NCBI RefSeq assembly: GCF_036321535.1 | Contig: NC_087437.1 | Coordinates: 75,208,001-75,272,000, forward strand | Direction: 5' to 3' | From: Camelus dromedarius | Taxonomy: Eukaryota | DNA: 64,000 nt | In this document: positions 55,801-64,000 of the stretch, piece by piece | How positions within the stretch are numbered: position 1 is the stretch's first letter | Layout: every line of letters starts with the position of its first letter | Translations under genes and position numbers: made by a program | The notes under the pieces: generated by a model | Seen by the model: the letters and a program-made list of their open reading frames with translations, nothing else | Told to the model about the DNA's origin: nothing | Databases searched by the model: none

Positions 55801-58379
55801 CAGATAAGTTCTACTATTTGCTCCCATATCCTAATAGTCAGTTTCACATATCTCAGGAGTCCATAATCTACTTTGGACACCCATCTTAGAAAATAACTTC
55901 ACTTTTTAACTCAGGAAACAGATTTCATAAACTCGATAGTATCTATTTCCTAAAGGACAAAAATTTTTTAAAGGAGATATGCAAAGGACCTGGCTCTGCA
56001 CAAAGTAGGACTTCAGAAAATACTAGTTATTAAAAATAGTATAACTTTTAAATAAAAGTATCTCACTTTCACCTTTACTTAACTACAAAATTAGATTCAG
56101 AAACAATGGATAGTACTTCTGTGGGTTTTTTAAAGGCAAACTTTTGATTTTGAGATATGATGTGAACTTGATGAGAAATCAAGGGACAAAAATATTGACC
56201 CAAATTATCGAAACCTTCTATTCTTAACCCAGAGTTGAATTGTGAAATATATAGGGAAAAAATCAGGAACTGTTTGAAAAGTGAGAAAGTTAATTTTATG
56301 GTCTGGCAAATCATTTAGAGATTAGCGGAATCTTAATTTTTGATAGGAAAGGAAACAGGAAGAAGAAGAATTGTAAAGGGAGAATAATTTTGGTTTATTT
56401 AGGTTTTCTGGCTTTGTGGTGAAGGTTAACATTTCTGCAAAGTGAGAATTGACATTAATTGTACAGACTTTTTTTTTTTTTCTGGCTCTGTGTAGTGTAA
56501 AATCAATTTACTATTAGTACATATTTCAACTGTTTCACCCATAGTGGGGACATAGTATCCAAATGACCCCATGCCTAAACCTGTGCCAATTTTTTTACCA
56601 CTGAATTCTTTGCCCTGAATCTTTGGAGCCTGGACCAATGGTACTTTTGTTCTACCTGCTATTTCTGCCTACTGAGTAAGCTCAGTTTTACATTTGGCCT
56701 CATGCCCCCACTAACATGGAAGCCCCACAAAGTCAGGAAAGTTTTTTAATCCCTTTGCTATAATACTGGTGCTTACAGCAGTAACAGTACCTTCTGTACC
56801 TACTTCAAGCACTCAATATTGATTTAAAGAATGAAGTCACTGATTTTTCTGCATACATCCAGGCCTCTGAAGGAAGAAGTAAAAAAGTGACCCTCAGTGT
56901 AGATTAAGACTGCCTTCTCTGTTGATTCCTCCTTTATAAGTCAAAAGCAGCCCAGATGCTACAATTAAGATGGATCCCAAGAGACAACCATGGGGTCAAG
57001 ATAGGTCCCTTGTCCCCTGGCAACTATGTCTCCATGTTCTTTGTTGGTTCCTCCACATCTCTCCAATCTCTAAATACTTAAGTACTTTGGGGTTCAGTCT
57101 TTTCTATCCTACTCATTCTGTATTATTCAGTCTTGAGGCTTTAAATTTTTATCTCCAGCCTTGACTTCTCCCTTAACGCAAATAATATATTCAACAGTCT
57201 ACTCAACAGTCTACTCAACAGCTCTCACATGTCTAGTAGACACCTCACTGTAACTGAAACTGAGTTCTTGTTATCTCTCCTTCACAAAACAGCTGAAGCA
57301 GAGCCACCCAGCCAAGTCAGGCTTAGATCAGACTAACAGCAGTTAACCAACAGACCAAGAAATAAATGCTCATGGTTTTCACCTCTGAGTTTTGAGGTGA
57401 TGTGTTATGCAGCAAATACTGATCAATACTCCACCCTAACTAAAATTATAATACCCTATCCTGACTCTGATATTTCCTATTTCTCTTCCCTTTCTTTTCT
57501 TCCATAGCACTTGTTACTAACATTCATATATTTTACTTATATATCTTGCTTACTGTCTATATCCTATATTAAAATAAAAGCTCTACTTGGGTAGAAATTT
57601 TTGTCTATTTGATTCACTGCAGTATCCCCAGAACCTAGAAATGTACCTGCCACTCAAGCACTCATTAAATGTATGGTCAGTAAATGAATTAACAATTAGC
57701 CCTGTGTTTACACCTCTGGTATAATTCCCATATTACAACATTCAGTATTCTACAAACTCTGCACTTTCATTAAAAATCTAATTCATATCTTCACTATGTT
57801 CATCTAATACGATTTAAACCCTGGTCATGAGACATTAAAAATTTCCATTTTACTATTCAGCATTGAAGATATGCTCTTTTCCAGTTTTTTCAGAATAAAG
57901 GAGCTACATAGCCCCTGAGTTGCCAACTCGTAAGCAAATTTTGTTTAACTCCCTTAAATGTGTTTCCTAAACTATAAATTGGGAAAAATACCTATATCAA
58001 ATATAAAGAACAGACAACAATAAAAACTTAACAAGAAAAGAGATTTAATGTCAATCCCTGATGAAGAAATCAGATACTTAATATTTTGCCCTAAAAAATA
58101 TCATGTGTTCCTACAGCATTCTATTTCTCTTAAATAGAGAAATAGTTTCTCTACTTCCCCAACAGACACTAAGCCTTTGAAAAAGAACTAGCATTCAATA
58201 AATATTTGATAAATGAATATTAATTAACATTTAAAAAAATATTTGACTGATTAAAGTAATTAAACTTTCTTTAAAGTAAAATGCAGAAGTTCACTTTAAC
58301 TACGGTCTTTTTACATTTTTCTGGAATAATCTTTAATAAAATATGGTTTGGAAATATGCTAAGCCTCCAACTTTAAAAC

Positions 58380-59770
58380 AACAATAAAAAGGACAAATAA
58401 AGGGAAATGTATGTATATGGATGGAATTGTTAAAGATAAAAGTAAAATTAGGGATTCTGGGAAAAAAAAACCAAGAATTAAATAAAAGTTGGTTCTTGAA
58501 AAGTTGAATAAAATAGACAAACCCTTGGAAAGCCGAACTAAGAAAACAGATTAACATCAGAATGAAAAAGGAAATTTTAAACAACAAAGAAGAGTTAGGA
58601 GAATTACTGGAATACAAATTCAACTTCATATCAAAAAATTTTCAAATATAGACAAATAGTTGATATGCTAAAAAATTTTTATTTCCAAATCTAACTCAAG
58701 AAAAGGTAAAAAAAAAATCACATCTATAACCATACTACAAATTCAAATATTTCCTAAAGATCTACCACTAAATAAGCTATCAAGCTTGATTTTATAGGCC
58801 AGTTGTACACAATCTACAAGAATCAGATGATTCGTATGTGATTCTCATTACCCTATAGCACCAAAAAAAGATGGAAAACTTCCAATTTATTTTTCAAAAG
58901 TAGCAATATAATCCAAATTCCAAGAGAATAAAAAAAATTACTTTAAATTCTCACAAACATAAATATAAAATCCTGAATAAAATATTTGCAGCATATCAAA
59001 TAGAAGGTTTGTAACTACTACTTGTGTGACGTTGGGTAATTATTTCACCTCTCTCTCAATTTCTTCATCTGTAAAATGAGAAACCTAAAGCATGACATAA
59101 AAATTAAATGGTTAAGTTGTTAGAACAGTGCTTGGCACATGGCAAATGCTCAATACATGTTAGCTATTATTATCCGACGAATAAAAACAACATAATCCAT
59201 TGCATTACCACTTCAAAGGGAAAAATAAGATATATATATATATATATGTAAACATCTGATAATTTTTTAGTAGACATTTTGGCAAATCTTTAAATAAAAC
59301 AGGTATAAAGGGCAATTGCTTAAACATTTTAAAGAATATTTATCTCACATCAATAGCACAAATTATACTGTTAAAATACTGGTCATTCCCATTCAATTAA
59401 GTAGTAAGACTAAGATGTTCAATATCATCATGATTATTCCATATTTTAGAAATTACACTAATGAAATAAAGTAAGACAACAAATATTAGAAGAGATGAAA
59501 TTATTATTTGCAGATGATTTATAGCTAGAAAATCAAAGAGAATAAGAAAAACTAAATCAATACGGGATTTTAGTCAGTAGGCTGGATGAAAGATGTATCA
59601 AAAATCAGTTTCTCTTTTAACAGTAGCAATGACAAATTTAAAATGCATAGGAGAAAGAGAACCTACTACCAGTAACAAAAATTATACAATACCCAGGAAT
59701 AAATATAATGAGAATAATACAAGACTACATGTTGAACTACATACAATTTCACTGAACATAAAATACAACC
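58380..59770 (+). mobile_element. Ancient L1 ORF2 fragment interrupted by a MIR (~59015-59172)
   Basis: aaaagttggttcttgaaaag...aaaatagacaaaccc; tatttgcagatgat; MIR core ttcttcatctgtaaaatgag. Confidence 0.65.
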
Positions 59771-62297
59771 TGAGTACTTTACTATTGACTACTTCAGCAG
59801 TTTCTGTATCTTCTCTGTCACCCAAACTAGAAACTTGGAATCCTTTCCAGTTTTATCCCTCTCCTCACTCTTCACATTTGAAATCATTCACTAAGTCCTG
59901 CCTATTTCTCTTAAATTTGTCTTCTTTTTGCTATCTCCATTTCAATTATCCTAGCTATCCTTTGGAAAGATTCCAGCAAATTAAATATTGTTACTAGTTC
60001 TGGTCTTATCCTCAAATCATAGCCTATCCAGCTACCAGAGTAATCAATCTAATACACAAACCTAACTAGATCAGACCCTAGTTTAAAACCAGAGATCACC
60101 ACTAATTCAGGATTGAGTCCAAGCACAAGGCTAATAAAGCCTTCAGTCATCTAGACCCAGCTTCATTTCCTCCTTCTTTACCTCCTTTATGGGGTCTTAA
60201 AATAAGGCTCTATATTTCTCATATTAGGATAGGCCAAAACTAAACATGTCAGAGCTACCACGGTTGCACATCCTGTGTACCCTATGTCAATTTTTGGTGA
60301 AGATTTTTTTGAGAAAGACATTAATTTACAATAAAATAAATACCTTATAGAAGAGACGCAAAATTTTTACAACTGCCCAAGTTAAAATGTAAGGATTTCA
60401 AAGAAAGATAGCACTTACAACAAGCAGCTTTGACCTTCTTCCCTCCACTCAAAATGATGATGATGACTTGTCATTATTAGTGAAAAGTCTGATACTGACA
60501 AACTGTTATCACTCATTCGTCAACGAATGAAGATGTAACACCTGCTGAGAACATAATTACGCCAGGCCAACTGTTCTAAATTCTTCATTGGTTAACTCAT
60601 TTTATGATAACCTGACATGACTTCATCTCTACTACTTTTACCCTTGCTGTCTCTACCCCAGCCATCCTGGAGTCCTTGCTGTTCCTAATTCCCATTGACA
60701 GGCTCCCATTTCAAGGCCTTTGCCCTTGCTATTCTATCTACAGATCTTTCCCTTTAGAGAGCATGGCTCTTTTTTCAACTCCTTGAAGTTTTTCCTTAAA
60801 TGCTGATTTCTCTATCCTGACCTCCCATTTACCTTTTTTAACCATTACTCTGCAGGAACCATTCTCTATTTTTTTCATCTCACTTTCCTTAACTTATTGT
60901 TTTTATTAATTATTGTTTTTCTTTCCCTTATCAAATGTAATGATAGGATTTTTTGTTTTATGACAGCAGGATTTTTATTTTATTCACTGAATCTAGTGCC
61001 TAGATTAGTGCCTAGCCTATTGTAAGCTCTAATTATTTATTGCATGGACACTTATGAAACAGGTACTGTTAATCAGATTTTACTTTACGAAGAAACTGAA
61101 GCAGTGAAAATTTGCCTATGGTCACATAGTAAATGGTAGAGCTAGGATTTGTAAGCAGACAGCCTGGCTTCACTCTTTACCATAACTGCTTGGTGTCTGA
61201 TTTGTGTGGTGAATCCTGTGTACTATCTATTTAGTACATTTCCTTTACTAGACAGTTTCTTCCCTGCAGGATCTGTGACTGCAGATCTAGCCCACTTTAT
61301 ACAATCAGTAATTGTTTACAGAATGAATGCATAAACATTAATTACCAATGATTTTTACATATATGCCTCAATTAAACTTTCAGATTTAATTTTAAAATTG
61401 TTTTTAATATAAAATTAATTCCTGTCTTTAGAAATAGTGACGTAAAATATACTTTGAATTGACAAAACATGATTCCTGACGAATGGTTTAATTAAAAGGA
61501 CGTCTACCCTTTTCCTACAATTCTCTCCAAACTGGCTTTTAAAGCTTTATTCAACATTAGCATACATTAAAGCAAAAAGCGCCAGAACCAGCCTGACTCA
61601 TTATATACACATGCATAATATTAATTATCTCTGGTCAAACCCCGCAAACGACAGTGCCATTTTCGCAGACACCAAGATTTATAAATCAGTCATGCTAGAT
61701 AAAAACAAATACCTTCACTTACAAAAACTGACGCTAACGAGAACACCCTCCGGAGCAATACCTGGCCCAGGAGTCACCTAGAGTAGCTTTCTCGAAAGTC
61801 TGACAACAACTATCACAAGGGCATGACTAATTTGCCACCGAATCCTAATGGCCATAGGTTTACTCTGAGAAACAAACATTCGCGGGCAGAAGGGGTGGAC
61901 ATATGAGCTATTTAAAAAGAGGCCCCGCCCAGGCCGCTTCAAAATCTAGGGCCCAAGATTCTCCACCTCAGAGCTCCTCACCGTGTCTAGACTAGGGGGA
62001 AGCGACCGTTTCTCGGGTAGAGGATGCTGCACAAAGGAAAAACTGGCCATCCAGCGTGAAGGCCGAGGAAGCAAACGAAAGCAGAGCGCACTGATGAACA
62101 AGGACACCCCGGCATCCAACCGCCCCTTCACAGGTGGAGCCGCAATTACATCTCTCGCGAGATGTCTCGTCTTCACGGGATCTCGAACTAAAACCTCGCG
62201 ACTGTTCAGAGCAAGGGAGGCTCTGAAAGGACGGCCCCTAACCCTCTTCGCGGACTCACAAAGCGCCTCTACCATTCCCCTCTCCCCCACCCATCAC

Positions 62298-62400
62298 CTT
62301 CCCTCCACCGCCCCGCGCTTCCCCTCCTTTCCCTTTATTGAGGGTAGTCCCTAGGTTGTCTAGGGACTTCCGGAGCGCAACCGGAACCGGAAGCTTCTAG
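62298..62400 (-). other. DZIP3: Probable DZIP3 non-coding exon 1 (5' boundary uncertain)
   Basis: Candidate donor GGAAG|gtgatg at 62298/62297 within the CpG island; TSS cannot be determined from sequence. Confidence 0.4.
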
Positions 62401-62482
62401 GAGCGAGGTGGGTGGGGCCGAAAATCAAAAAAAGCGCGGCCGAAGGTGGAGGCCGGTGCTGGCAGGGTGGTGGTATCCCTGA

Positions 62483-62665
<183 letters not shown>

Positions 62666-64000
62666 TAGCGTCCTCAGCCTAAAAAAACAAAGGATAGCTC
62701 CTCGCTCCCTCCGCTGTCTTTTGTATTCGTAAAGAAGGAGAGTGAACGTCGGCCTTGAATTCCCACTGTCTTCTACGCACCCCCACCCGCCAGCCCGTCC
62801 GTATTCCCCCAAGGAAAGAGTAACTGCTGAAAACCCTAGGAAGAGGGAGGGTGGGACAAAAGGTTGAGGGATTTAAGTTGTGCTTGGAATTGGTAGAGAA
62901 GAAAGCTCGGAGCTGTATCTTTTCCTTTGCTTCTTATTTTGGTTTTTCCATTGTAACAGAGCCTTCGCAGAATGTATGGCAGTTCTCGGAGGTGGAGGTG
63001 ATGGGGAGTGGTGATTAAAACTTGAATAATTTCTTATCCCTTAGGCAGTTTACAATTTGAACCTGTTGCTTACTGCTTTTATTTGAAGTCATGTTGAACT
63101 AGAGCTTGGAAAATATTACTTCAGCTTTCTCTGGATTGAAAAGCAGTCTCCCTTTCTAGTAATCATAATCTTTTTTCTTTACCAAAATATATTGCTCACA
63201 GTTTTTCAGTCTTAAAATAATGAATTGCTGTCACTTTTCCCTTAGTGTCCAGTGATTTGCTTATTTTGTGTTAAAAGTTATAATCACAGCTTTCTGGGAT
63301 CCTGTTTGTTTTTAGGCTCTTAATCTCCTGTCATTTGTTAGGCATTCATGGAATTCCAACTAATATTGACCTCAGATTAATAAAAAACAATTAAGCCCAA
63401 TCAAAGCTTATTTTTATCCTCTGTTGCAGCTTCTGTTGAGATAGAATTGAACATAAGTTTAAAATATATTCTAATTGTTGTATTAACCCTATGATAAAAG
63501 GCTAAATTACCAAAGATTAGCAAGATACTATGGAGGAAGGCAACTGTGAATGGCACAGTAACATAGACCTTTGTTGTAACTGGAGGGCTCTAACTTCTCA
63601 AACTTCACTAGTGCTTCTCCTACTACTTCAGGTGCCTGTCTCCTAAGAACATTTGTTTTCTTTTTTCATTCATTACCTCAACGAATTCCTACAAACCTGA
63701 CAATGAAGGCGTTGGCTGTTAAATGCTAACACTTTGCTTCTCAATTAGGATAGAGCGGTGTGCTAGTGGACTCCAGAAGCCACAAAATAAGCAGAGCTGT
63801 CAGTATTATTTAAGAACTATGAGTGAAGAATTCTAGATTCATATCTTAAACGTTACCTCTTTTTGAGAATAAACAGGTATGTTGTAAATCTGAGCAAAGT
63901 ATTATCATGAACTGAAAAAGACTTAAGAGAAATTTGAGGCTTGGAGATTGTGTTCCTGGCCTTTTCAAGAGGTTTACCAAAATCTACTGTTTAATTGAGC

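Noticed and set aside
43751..57221. Short direct duplications (18 bp at 43751, 12 bp near 55643, 12 bp at 57191) as a CRISPR-like or functional array
   Set aside because: Isolated 2-3 copy slippage duplications with no spacers, in eukaryotic introns
61905..61945. TTTAAA/TTCAAA as a CHR cell-cycle element for CIP2A
   Set aside because: Common hexamers more than 500 nt from the CIP2A ATG; unsupported without conservation data

Overview
AT-rich mammalian genomic DNA; the young LINE-1 family resembles camelid L1, but that is recognition from memory, not a search. The window holds the 5' part of DZIP3 (E3 ubiquitin ligase) on the minus strand: 16 coding exons from the ATG at 48482 down to 1365, all GT-AG, splicing in frame to 2016 nt (672 codons), and continuing off the left edge. 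DZIP3 is head-to-head with CIP2A (KIAA1524), whose first coding exon is 62504-62605 (+), across a compact CpG-island promoter with ETS and TCTCGCGAGA motifs. Introns are repeat-rich: a full-length but broken ~7.1 kb LINE-1 with 14-bp TSDs, a 5'-truncated copy of the same family, an ERVL gag/pol relic, LTRs, MER DNA transposons and old L1 fragments. I found no convincing new biological system. The best leads are a possible ORF1-excising splice in the L1, an altered L1 YY1 site, a 9-bp duplication at the DZIP3 start, and candidate alternative exons. Exon numbers follow recalled human DZIP3; repeat family names are unverified by RepeatMasker.
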